Assembly (NCBI GenBank): GCA_048940045.1
Contig: JBHLOX010000001.1
Coordinates: 33,598 to 97,597, forward strand
DNA length: 64,000 nucleotides
Source: Promethearchaeota archaeon
GTDB taxonomy: Archaea > Asgardarchaeota > Thorarchaeia > Thorarchaeales > Thorarchaeaceae
Direction of reading: 5' to 3'
Shown one piece after another: positions 42,243 to 53,600 of this stretch (position 1 is the stretch's first letter; the number at the start of each line of letters is the position of its first letter). Under the pieces are notes generated by a model. It saw only the letters and a list, made by a program, of their open reading frames with translations. It was not told the origin of the DNA and searched no databases. A program made the position numbers and the translations under genes.

Positions 42243-45200
42243 GAAAATGGCAGGCCTGAAACGATCTATAGAACATCTGACACAAAGAGTAGCTGCATAC
42301 CTGCTGGTATGCATCCTCATGGTCAGTGGACTATCGGTGTTTCCACCTGTTGTCGGGATCAGTCCTTACGTAGCAGAACCTATGAACAAGATTGATGAAT
42401 CATTGCTCAATCAGACCTCAATGGATCAGTATCTGGATGTTCTTGTAGGGTACGATGAAGAAGTGGGTGATTTTAAGGCAAAGAACGCTGTTATATTCGC
42501 AGATCGAACAGCAGAGATGATAGATGTCTTTGAATCAATAGGAATGCTCCATGTGAAGATGCTGGGGTCTGCTATTGTGGACTTGGCTAGAGAGGAGTTC
42601 ATCACTAAGATATGGTCAAACGAAATCACTCCAATTGAACAAACACAGACCACAGCTTCTACAATATCATCAACTGAGGACTATGTGCCACTTATTGACA
42701 GAATTGGTGCAAGAGACCTTTGGGATGCTGGGTACAATGGCACTGGTACAGTCATTGCAGTCCTTGACACTGGAGTGGACCCACTTCAGTCTGATTTCAG
42801 TGTGGCTGCTTTTGCTTCCTTTGTTGAGGCAGATACACTGCCTCTTGACCTCATCGGACATGGTACATACGCAGCATCCGTTGCAGTGAGTTCTGGGAAT
42901 ACCTCAGGAGGTGTATATGCAGGTATCGCCCCTGGCGCAACACTGCTATCTGCCAAGGTGACCCTTGGAGGTCTCTTTGCTGCTCCAAGTTGGATTGTAT
43001 CAGGTATTGAATGGGCAAGTAGCAGGGGTGCAGATATCATTCTTCTACCATTCAACACCCTTGGGTCGCCAGATGATGCAGTTTCCAAAGCTGTTGAAAT
43101 CGCAGCGAACAAGGGAATTTTTGTTGTGGCTGCATCAGGTGATGACGGCCCAGACTACCTGACTGTTATGTCTCCTGGTGGAAATGCTGCAGCCTTCTGT
43201 GTTGGTGCATATAACACAGAGTTGCAGGAGATACCAGATTTCTCAGGGAGAGGACCATCACTCTCACTGCTAACAAAACCAGATTTAGTGGCTCCTGGTG
43301 TGGGAGTTGTAGGTGCTAAACCATTTTCAGGTCTTGCAGGTCTTGGATTTGGCGACATTGGTCTTGGAGACCTAGGCGACCTTGGTGGACTTGGAGGTCT
43401 CCTAGGAGGCTCTATTGGCGAAACATACGATGAGAATTACACTATTGCAGACACTACAGCTGCCTCTGCAGCCATCACTGCAGGTGCCGCAGCAATTCTA
43501 CTCCAGGCGTTCGATAGGGTCCATCCAATCACTCTTGCAAATGTTCTCCGAGATACTGCATCCCCTATTGGCTATGGTGCCAATGATGGAGGGGCGGGTC
43601 TTCTCAATCTTCAGGTGGCATTTGACTATTTGAGTACACAACAGACACCAGGGGATCCACATGTTCGAACAACAAGTTTGCCTTTACTTGCACTAGGCCT
43701 TATCACTGCAACTGGGACTGACGCTTCAACTTCGATGCTGATGAGTAGTTTTGGAACTACCCTTGTAGCACTGGATCAACGTAATCCCCAAGACTCAGGT
43801 ACTCACCTAATGATGGGAATGTTCTCGCTGAAATGGAACAACGAAGATCCTACAAACCTGATGATGTTCGATGTGAAAAGTGAGTTTCATCAAGTTGTGA
43901 GTGCATCAAATACAATACCTTACAACCGGTATGTTGGGGTATTGTCCTACAATGATTCGATCTATGTCACCTTCCTTGTAGAGTCGTATAATCTCACAGA
44001 ATACTCATCACTTCCTCTTACAGCATTTAGAGTAACACCATTCATTCTCAATCTTGATGATGAGCCAATTGCCAATGTTAGTCTCTATGTTTCTTACTCA
44101 CTTGATCTTTATCTCGATGGTGAGGATGACCATGGAAAATATGACCTTGATAACCAGCAACTCTTTGCTTACGGTCTCTCAGAGAGTTACGGAAACTTCT
44201 ACGTGGGCATGAACTCAAGCATCCCACTTTCAGGATTTGAGGTTGGTAACTCATCAAACATCGCAAGTCATGTTTCAGACAATAATCTGACTGGATCCAC
44301 CGTATTCGACGGAGATGTCGGTTTGGCAATGCAATGGGACTTTGGGACTTTGGATATTGACGAGCTCGTCAATGTGACAATTGCCATGGGATTTGGAGAG
44401 AACCGCACAATCCTGGATGCGTCAATCGACGCTATGTGGGAGAATGACATTCCATCTGGGGCCTTAGATCAGGGGGACCTCATTGTTGTCGAGGTGGATG
44501 TTCCAAGGATAGCAGAAGCAGGTCATACATATCAATCAAAAGCTGTCATCATGAACATTGGACAGGAGAACTCAACTGCTATTGGAGCAATGCTTGTTGT
44601 AGAGGGCACTGTTGAAGACGGAACTATGTTTGCGAGATACTTCAACTATGATGTTCTTGAACCCTTCAAGGCCAAGGTATTGGTGACTGACTGGCGACCT
44701 GAAACAGAGGGAGTAAGAACAGCAGCTTGGGCTGTTTCTACAGGTCTAGATCAAATAGTTGGTCTAATATCTGACCCAACAGGTGCTATACTGACCTCAG
44801 GAGTGGGGCTATTGGATGATTTCATCATGCGTGATGTCTTCATCATCGACCCCATATCGTCAAGCTCTGTGTTCCCAAAGCAACTACCCTTCGCACCATT
44901 TGACATCAGATTTCCAGCAGACTTTGGACTCTATAGCTTTGTTTTGTCAACCACAGAGTCACTAGGAAATATGACCATCTCAAACCATGGAAACGCATCA
45001 GACTGGGGTAACATGTCCCTTACTAGTGCAGAAACAATAGAGGGATTCTATGACTTCTCAGGTTTCTTTATGGCACCGCCTATTGGTATGGATGGGTATC
45101 ATAGATGTGACTATGTAATCGAAACAGACTATGGATGGACCACAAATATCACGTTAGAAAGGGTAATAGAGTATCCGCGCGCAATGATGCTCCTTGATAC

Positions 45201-46620
45201 ATCGCATGGGGGTGGATTTGGATCTCTCCTAGGAGATATGGGAGGATTTGGTGATACAGGGAACCTGACGGGTGAAACAGGAGGAATAGGTTTCCCGCTT
45301 GCTCAGGAGGATGGAAGTTCCAGTGAAACGGATATGCTCACAGGCTTTAGTCTGAACGATTTGGGTAGCCTCGATTCGCTGACCAGTCTCTTTGACTCAT
45401 TCAGAATGACAACATTCTCCGGACTTTCAAATATGAAAAAGAGAATGGCTGAAGTTGGACTCGATCTCATAGAAACACCAGGAATGGAACTGGATTCGGG
45501 TTTACTCGCAACATTCTCGACTGTCTTCATTATCGCTCCAACTGAAGAATTCAACCAGACTGACATCGATATTCTCAGGGAATTCTCGCAGGACGGTGGA
45601 ACAATAGTCGTTCTTGGTGACAATGATGACAATGCGAATACTACCGTACTCAATCCGTTATTGATGGAGTATGGTTACTATCTTCAAGGAAGTCATAGCG
45701 AGGATAACACTACTGACATCATGACGATAACCCCACTGGGACGAGGTCTAGAGAGTATCTGGCTTGGCGGTGGAGCCTATGTCATGAACAATCAATCCAA
45801 CGCAAATGCCAGACTCAATGGAAACAGTGTAATCATGCTAGACACGACTGATCCTGAAATCGCGATTTTTGGTTCTTCGAAGATTTTCATGAATAAGAAC
45901 CTGGTGAAGTGCAACAACAGCAGATTACTCGATAATCTGAATGAGTTCCTACTGCGAAATACCCTGACCGCCTCTACAAGTCTCTCAGAGAACACAACAT
46001 TGTACCAAGCTGGTCGAAGTGTCTATGTCAATCTTGAGTTAGCAGATTATTATGGGAATCCTGTCAATGACCTATTGGTTGCAATTGCCTATGAACTTCC
46101 GAACGGAAGTCTAGCATTCTTCATTGCAGGTTTCGTTGAGGATGGTCTTTATTCCTCGCAGTTTACACCTAGCTACTGGAAGAAGGCTGGTAGAATAAAC
46201 GGTATTTTTCTCATCTTAGGCGATGAGAACTACGCGATGACATATGCCAGTGTCAGCTTCTATCTGTATGAGGTTGAACCAACTAGTCCACCACCCCCAC
46301 CGTTTATGTTCCTGACTATGGCAGAACTGGCGGTCATCACATCACTAGGGATATTTGGGGGACTCATCGGATACCTCGTCTGGAACCGCCGAAGAATGAG
46401 GAAGCGTCTAAGAATTCCAGAGATCGAGCCGGAACTAGTTCAAGACATAGACAATACCCTCAGTGCACTCCTTGCAGCATTCACACTACTGGAGAATCTC
46501 ATCAGAAGAGAGGATCTTGATAGAATACAGAAGATCGAAACATTACGTGTGCTTATGCAGGACATTGAAGAAGCTCGTAGGATGTTCGAAAGAGTGAGCG
46601 ACAAGGTAGGAGGTGTGTGA
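42232..46620 (+). CDS. Giant (1462 aa) N- and C-terminally membrane-anchored surface protein with a subtilase (S8)-like domain lacking canonical Ser/Asn, and a GldG/ABC_transp_aux-like segment
   Basis: The S8-like blocks are VIAVLDTGVD (Asp, 42766-42768), GHGTYAAS (His, 42859-42861), VVAASGDDG (Asp where the oxyanion Asn is expected, 43141-43143) and YTIADTTAASAAITAGAAAILL (Thr where the Ser of GTSMAAP is expected, 43456-43458). Other features:
- a Gly/Leu/Asp-rich insert at about 43325-43420;
- many N-x-S/T sequons;
- the segment VFIIAPTEEFNQTDIDILREFSQDGGTIVVLGD at about 45510-45635;
- a C-terminal TM helix plus an ~85-aa helical tail.
An alternative ATG lies at 42247. Confidence 0.8.
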   Translation: MRSEKMAGLKRSIEHLTQRVAAYLLVCILMVSGLSVFPPVVGISPYVAEPMNKIDESLLNQTSMDQYLDVLVGYDEEVGDFKAKNAVIFADRTAEMIDVFESIGMLHVKMLGSAIVDLAREEFITKIWSNEITPIEQTQTTASTISSTEDYVPLIDRIGARDLWDAGYNGTGTVIAVLDTGVDPLQSDFSVAAFASFVEADTLPLDLIGHGTYAASVAVSSGNTSGGVYAGIAPGATLLSAKVTLGGLFAAPSWIVSGIEWASSRGADIILLPFNTLGSPDDAVSKAVEIAANKGIFVVAASGDDGPDYLTVMSPGGNAAAFCVGAYNTELQEIPDFSGRGPSLSLLTKPDLVAPGVGVVGAKPFSGLAGLGFGDIGLGDLGDLGGLGGLLGGSIGETYDENYTIADTTAASAAITAGAAAILLQAFDRVHPITLANVLRDTASPIGYGANDGGAGLLNLQVAFDYLSTQQTPGDPHVRTTSLPLLALGLITATGTDASTSMLMSSFGTTLVALDQRNPQDSGTHLMMGMFSLKWNNEDPTNLMMFDVKSEFHQVVSASNTIPYNRYVGVLSYNDSIYVTFLVESYNLTEYSSLPLTAFRVTPFILNLDDEPIANVSLYVSYSLDLYLDGEDDHGKYDLDNQQLFAYGLSESYGNFYVGMNSSIPLSGFEVGNSSNIASHVSDNNLTGSTVFDGDVGLAMQWDFGTLDIDELVNVTIAMGFGENRTILDASIDAMWENDIPSGALDQGDLIVVEVDVPRIAEAGHTYQSKAVIMNIGQENSTAIGAMLVVEGTVEDGTMFARYFNYDVLEPFKAKVLVTDWRPETEGVRTAAWAVSTGLDQIVGLISDPTGAILTSGVGLLDDFIMRDVFIIDPISSSSVFPKQLPFAPFDIRFPADFGLYSFVLSTTESLGNMTISNHGNASDWGNMSLTSAETIEGFYDFSGFFMAPPIGMDGYHRCDYVIETDYGWTTNITLERVIEYPRAMMLLDTSHGGGFGSLLGDMGGFGDTGNLTGETGGIGFPLAQEDGSSSETDMLTGFSLNDLGSLDSLTSLFDSFRMTTFSGLSNMKKRMAEVGLDLIETPGMELDSGLLATFSTVFIIAPTEEFNQTDIDILREFSQDGGTIVVLGDNDDNANTTVLNPLLMEYGYYLQGSHSEDNTTDIMTITPLGRGLESIWLGGGAYVMNNQSNANARLNGNSVIMLDTTDPEIAIFGSSKIFMNKNLVKCNNSRLLDNLNEFLLRNTLTASTSLSENTTLYQAGRSVYVNLELADYYGNPVNDLLVAIAYELPNGSLAFFIAGFVEDGLYSSQFTPSYWKKAGRINGIFLILGDENYAMTYASVSFYLYEVEPTSPPPPPFMFLTMAELAVITSLGIFGGLIGYLVWNRRRMRKRLRIPEIEPELVQDIDNTLSALLAAFTLLENLIRREDLDRIQKIETLRVLMQDIEEARRMFERVSDKVGGV

Positions 46621-47620
46621 TGTGGGAAAATCAGAAACTAGAGAAACACATCGAGAGATTGACATCATAGACCTCCAGGTTGCTTTTGGTAAGTTCTATG
46701 CACTCAAGGGAGTGTCATTCTTCGCAAACAAGAGGGAGTTTCTAGGGATCATTGGAGCATCGGGAGCTGGAAAAACAACAGTACTCCGAGTTCTCACTGG
46801 GCAGATAGGTCCCACTGATGGTCAAGCCTTTGTCGGTGGGTATGATGTCACTAAGAAGTCCAAACTGATCAGTCTACTCGTTGGCTATGTTCCCCAGCTA
46901 GAACACCTGAGCCTATACTATGATTTCAACTCAATTCAAAACGCCCAGTTCTTTGGCCGCATGTTTGGTCTCAGGCCAAAAGAGATTGAGGAACGTGCGA
47001 GGAATGTCCTTACAATCCTTGGATTCGATGAAGACCTCATAACAAAGAGAGTAGACAGGCTCTCAGGCGGAGAGCGCAAGAGGGTGTCAATCTGCCTTGG
47101 GATGATCCATAATCCGCCTGTGCTCTTACTTGACGAGCCAACCACTGGTCTGGATGCACACCTCAGACATGAAACACTGAACTATCTGAAGGAGCTCAAC
47201 TACGAGCTGGGCACGACCATGGTCATCATCAGTCATGACCTAGAGATTGTTGATTACTGTACGCGAGTGTGCCTTCTGGAAGAAGGCAATGTGAGTCAGT
47301 TCGGAACTCCAGAAGAACTGATCTCGACACTCCCTGGGAGAGGAGAGAGCATCCGAGTAGCGCTCCACGCGATGACACCAGAAATCATCAGACGGGTGAA
47401 CTCACTTCCAGGAGTACAATATACTGCACAAGCTGGCAGGAAAGCAATGAAGCTGTTCATAGACAATCCAAGTGAACAAATCTTGCCAATCATCCATAAA
47501 CTCAACGAAATGAAACTACCATTTGAAGAGGTCAGTCTCGTTGAGGCAGACTTCTTTGACTACTTCCAGGTGAAACCCTGGAAGCAAATTCCTAGAGAGA
47601 TAGGAGGAACCGCAACATGA
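46613..47620 (+). CDS. ABC transporter ATP-binding protein (second NBD of the operon)
   Basis: Walker A GASGAGKTT, signature LSGGERKR and Walker B VLLLDEPTTGLD. It overlaps both neighbours (an ATGA junction at 47617-47620). Confidence 0.85.
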   Translation: MCDVGKSETRETHREIDIIDLQVAFGKFYALKGVSFFANKREFLGIIGASGAGKTTVLRVLTGQIGPTDGQAFVGGYDVTKKSKLISLLVGYVPQLEHLSLYYDFNSIQNAQFFGRMFGLRPKEIEERARNVLTILGFDEDLITKRVDRLSGGERKRVSICLGMIHNPPVLLLDEPTTGLDAHLRHETLNYLKELNYELGTTMVIISHDLEIVDYCTRVCLLEEGNVSQFGTPEELISTLPGRGESIRVALHAMTPEIIRRVNSLPGVQYTAQAGRKAMKLFIDNPSEQILPIIHKLNEMKLPFEEVSLVEADFFDYFQVKPWKQIPREIGGTAT

Positions 47621-50600
47621 AGACCTATCATGTGATCATAGCCCTACTGGTCGTCTGCGCGCTTGCAGGATTGCAGGTCCAAACGACAAACACGGGTACT
47701 CAACCCGTTGTAATCACAAGTCCTCAGGTTCAGCAAAATCCACATGCTCTCGCAGAGATCGCACCGTTCAACACGGCCATTGTGTGGTCAAACACAACGG
47801 GCAATCAGGTTGTGGACCTTGTTGTCGACAACTTCGATGCGGATGTGCGAGATGAGGTTGCTGTCATCGTTCAGAATGGTTCTTTGTTCCTGTTCGACGA
47901 CGACAGCTCACTATTGTGGAAACTGAAGCTTGGCTCGACACCACACGCACTTGCCTCTCTTGATGGCACCGCTGCTTCAGGTCAGGAGATGCTCGTTGGA
48001 ACAGACTCTGGCATTGTCGTAGTTGGAGCTGACAAGACTGTTCAGATGAACATGTCACTCCCTGAGCCAGTGTATGCTGTTGCTGGTGGTAATTTCGATG
48101 CAGATGGATTTGAAGAGGTCGTTGTGGGCTGTGACGACTTCTACGTCTATGCATTCGAGATTGACACCACTCCACTCTGGAGCTATCTCAGTAATGGTAG
48201 AGTGCGGCTGGTTGCTGGTGCGGACATCGATTCTGATGCTCGAACGGAGGTAATAGTAGCCTCTGAGGGAAGGCGGTTCACCCTCTTACAGGACACCGGT
48301 GCGGTTGTATTCGAGAAGAGTAGTGGCACAGCAATCACTGTCGTTTCTCTGGGCGATCTCACTACAGCGACAAACTTGGATGTTGTATTTGGAAACAGTA
48401 ATGGAACACTCAACATCTGGTATGATACCGGTATTCTGGCGTACAACTTGCAGGTTGGAAACCGTATCACTGCTCTCGAGGTGGGTGACCTCGTCACTGG
48501 AGGACGACACGAGCTTGCCCTCGGGACAGACAGCAATCAACTCAGGGTATACGACTCAGGTGGAACTTTCCTTTGGAACAAGACACTCACAGGGCAACCC
48601 AACAGTATATTGTTCCCCAATATCGGTGCGACTCCGAACGCCCAAGTTCTGGTGGGGATTCCCAACACCCTCAGGCTCTACAACTCTACTGGTTGGTTAG
48701 TAAGCTCGGTCAATGCTGCTGGCTTCTCCAGAGCCTTGAGCTTTGGAGACCTCGACAACTTCGGTGGTCAGGAGTATGTCTTTGGCACTAATGGAGGGCA
48801 AGTCTCCGCATACGGTCGGGACTTTGATGGTGAAGGACTAGCAGATGCGCGTGAGATCCTTATCGAGGGCACTGCTTACGATGACCCAGACAGCGATAAT
48901 GACAATTTGAATGATGCAGAAGAGGTCCTGGATTATGGGACCAACCCTCTCGCACCAGACTCGGACTTTGACAAGCTGTCTGACTTTGCAGAGGTCAGAA
49001 CATATGGCACGGACCCCAACCTAAAAGATACCGACTCTGACAAACTCACGGACTGGCAGGAGATATACCTCGGCACGGACCCGAATCAGGCAGACACTGA
49101 CTCGGACTCACTCACAGACTATGAGGAGAACAACATCACCCTCACCCTTCCCACAGACCCTGACAGCGATTCCGACGATATCAATGATGCACAGGATGAT
49201 AATGATGGGGATGGTCTCACTAACATTCAGGAGGTTCGTCTCTCCAAGACAGATCCCAACGATGTTGATACAGACGGAGATCTGACCACGGACTATTACG
49301 ATGACCAAGATGGCGACAACCTCGCCAACTGGAAGGAGATTCAAATCGGAACAGGACTTTATGACCCAGACAGTGACGATGATCTTCTCAATGATGGGTA
49401 TGAGGTGAAGACCAGCAAGACCTCCCCCTTGAACGAGGACACAGACTCAGATTCGCTCACTGACTATGAGGAAGTGATGATTGTCCATTCAGACCCGCTC
49501 AAGGCGGACGGGGACGAGGATGGGCTCAGTGACTACGATGAATATGTCGTCTATGGGACCGGGGTCTTGGACAGTGATAGTGACGATGATACATTGAAAG
49601 ATGGGGCTGAGGTCAACACCTACTTCACAGACCCCTTGAACAATGACACTGACTCTGACAATATTTCAGATGGACTAGAGGTCAACTTCTGGGGTTCAGA
49701 CCCCAATTCTGCAGACACTGACCTTGATGGTCTGAATGATTACTTGGAGTGTTATGTGTGGAACACCAATGTGACAAAAAGTGACACAGACGGAGATTCG
49801 TTGGGAGATGGGCTAGAAATTCTCACCTATGGAACAAATGCCACTCTTGTGGACACAGACTTTGACCTGATTCGAGACCCTGATGAGGTAAAGTATCTCG
49901 CCAATGGTTGGGACCCAACAAACCCCAACACCTTTGACGCTGGCACCTTAGACGGAAATTGGGACTTTGATGGAGATAGGTTAACGAACTATCAGGAAAT
50001 CTATCTGACGAGAACAAATCCAACATTATTGGATTCCGGAGGGTTGCCTCTCACTGATGACCTTGAGGACAGTGATCTTGACGGACTGAACAACTATGAT
50101 GAGTTGTATGTAACCTTCACACTTCCGAGGAATCCAGACAGCGATGAAGATATGGTCAAGGATGGAGATGAATGGAGTATTCTAGGAACTGACCCGAACG
50201 ATGAGGACACCAATGATAATGGTGTGTCAGATTATGATGAAGACTTTGATGATGATGGGCTGAGTGATGGTATTGAGCTGTATATCACTCATACCAAGCA
50301 TAACGTGACAGATAGTGATAGCGACACAATCTCAGACTATGATGACGATGAGGATGCTGATCTCCTACCAAACTGGTTCGAGGTCGAAATGACTGGTACA
50401 GATCCCTTGTATAATGATACAAACGACAACGGGACTTTCGACTGGGAGGAAGACCCCGATAACGACGAGCTCAACAATCTTGAGGAGTTTCTAAATGATT
50501 GTGACCCTCTGGCTGCAGACACTGACTTGGACCAGCTGACTGATGGAGAAGAGGTGCTCTACACCCATACAGATCCCACTGACAGCGACGATGATGACGA

Positions 50601-53600
50601 TGGAATTCTCGATGGACAGGATGACCTAGACAATGACGGTCTCACAAACCTCGAGGAACTCAGGACTTACGACACAAACGTCACCCTCTGGGACACTGAT
50701 GGAGATCGCATCCGGGATGGCCTCGAGATCGATGTGGGTCTCAATGCTACAAATCCAGACAGTGATGGCGACGGTCTATACGATGGTTGGAACGACATCA
50801 TTCCCAACGGCATCTATGAGCCTCATTTGGGAGAACGAGGCGAGGATGTCAACGCAAACGGTGTTGTTAATGTGGGAGAGACCTCACCATTCGAAGCTGA
50901 TAGTGATTTTGATGGATTGGATGACTATGAGGAGTACTCCTATGGCACATCGCCTACAAACGATGACTGTGATGATGATGGTCTATTAGATGGAGAGGAG
51001 ATAAACGACTATGGAACTAATCCTCTCAACAACGACACGGATTCTGACCTCCTGTCGGATTACATTGAGGTTGAGATTACCCTCACAGACCCGAACAACA
51101 TGTGGTACAATGGGACTCACACAGACTACATGATTGATAGTGATGGTGACATGTTGACCAATGGTGATGAGATTGACATCTATGACACCAGTCCTGGAGA
51201 CTTCGATAGCGACAATGACAACATTGGCGATGGGATGGAAGTACTCGTCTATCTCTCTGACCCAAATTCGAATGACAGTGACGGAGATGGACTCTTAGAT
51301 AACGAAGAGCTGTTCTATGGTACGGAGATCAACATACAGGACACTGATGGAGATCAGCTGGATGATTTCGTTGAAATTGAGTATCTCGGAACAAATCCAT
51401 TACTCCCATCCACATACATGAACGGTACCCTTGATGGAGACCTAGACAATGATGGGGACGGGCTCAGCAATGCAGTCGAGATCTATGGATACCACTCAAA
51501 CGCTACTGCGAAGGACAGCGATTTAGACGGTCTAGAAGACGGATTTGAGGTGTTTACGACAGGTACATCACCCACCGACATGGATAGTGACAATGACCAG
51601 CTCAGTGATTATGATGAGTACATGATATACCACACTGATCCAAGTGGCAGTGACAGTGACTCTGATGGTCTTGATGACTATACTGAGGTCTATGTTTCAC
51701 TCACCACACCAACCTCCTGGGACAGCGACGGAGATACCTTGTCTGATGGACTTGAGTGGAATGACTACGGGACAGATCCAAATTCAATAGACAGTGATAA
51801 CGACCTCCTAAATGACAATGTCGAATTGGACATTGGAACTGACCCTCTGCTTAATGACACCGACGGTGATACCCTTTCAGACTGGGAAGAGTGGATTCTC
51901 TATGATACCGACCCGACAGAAGCGGATATGGATCAAGATGGACTCAATGACGCAGAGGAGCTAGAGAACGGTACAGACTGGGAGAATTGGGATAGTGATT
52001 TCGACACCCTCAGTGATGGAGATGAAGTGAACATCTACGAAACCTCACCCATTGACGATGACACCGATTCTGACAACATCGCTGATGCAGATGAGCTGTT
52101 CAACAGCCATACCGACCCACTGCTTCTTGACACGGATGGCGATTCGATTCCTGACGACTTAGATGATCAAGATGCTGATGGCCTCACCAATCATGATGAG
52201 ATTTACCTCTATGAAACCAACTGCACAATGATTGACACAGATCTAGATTTCCTGAGTGATTATGATGAGATTTTCATCTGGGAAACATCACCCACCAAAT
52301 TTGATAGTGATGAGGACTCCCTTGGAGATTGGGACGAACTCTTCTACTGGTCAAGCGACCCCAATGATAGAGACAGTGACGGAGATGGTCTTGAAGACTC
52401 AGAGGAGGCCTTGACATTCCACACACTCCTGAATAGTACAGACTCTGACATGGACAATGTGAGTGATTATGATGAAATCAAGGTCTTTGAAACGGATCCT
52501 CTACATTGGGATACAGATTCTGATTCTATCTCAGATGGCGACGAACTGTACGTGTACAACACCTCACCCCTACGCAAAGACACTGACTCAGACAAACTTC
52601 TCGATGGACAGGAAATACATGGATTCTACATGACCTTCAACATAAGCGGTGTTGTGAGTAGTCGATGGGTCTACACGAACCCAAGAGTGGGAGACACAGA
52701 CCTCGATACACTCACTGACTTCGAAGAAGTGAACATGACTAACACTGACCCAACACTCTTCAGCACTCAAGGAACCACGATATCAGATGCAGATTGGGAT
52801 ATTGATGGAGACCTCCTGACCAATGCACAGGAGATTCGCCTCACACGAACCGACCCTCGTGACTATGATAGCGACTCAGATGGAAAATCAGATGGTGCTG
52901 ATGATGAGGACAGAGACCTCCTCACTAATTACTGGGAGTGCGTGCTGACTGAAACTGACCCGAGAGACCCGGACAGCAATGATAATGGAATCTCGGACTA
53001 CAACGATGATGAGGATGGAGACACCCTATCAAACGGAGAAGAGTGCAAGGTTTATGGAACAAACCCACTAGAACGAGACACCGATAATGACGGTCTCGAC
53101 GATAACGAGGAGATTGAGGACTGGGGGATTGATCCTCTTAACAAAGACAGTGACGGAGATGGTCTTGAAGATGGTCCAGAGGTCAACGATTGGGGGACAA
53201 TGCCTGACTCGAATGATACTGATCAAGATTGGTTGAGTGACTGGGAGGAAGTTGTCCTCACCGGCACCAGTCCAACAAACAACATGACGAATCCAGGCAC
53301 CCCTGACAGACTATGGGACAGTGATTCAGATGGTCTCTCAAACTGGGATGAGCTGAGAGTCTGGTTCACACTACCCAATGACCCAGACTATGATAACGAT
53401 GACCTCATTGATGGACTTGAGGTGACTCTGGGCACAGACATCAATGGAACAGATACTGACTCGGATTTGCTGACAGATGGAGAGGAGTATCTGCTCTATG
53501 ATACTGACCCCTTGGAGCCAGATAGCGACCTTGATGGTCTCGACGATTACGAAGAGGTAATCACGTATGAAACTGACCCGAATGAGGAGGACACCGACTC

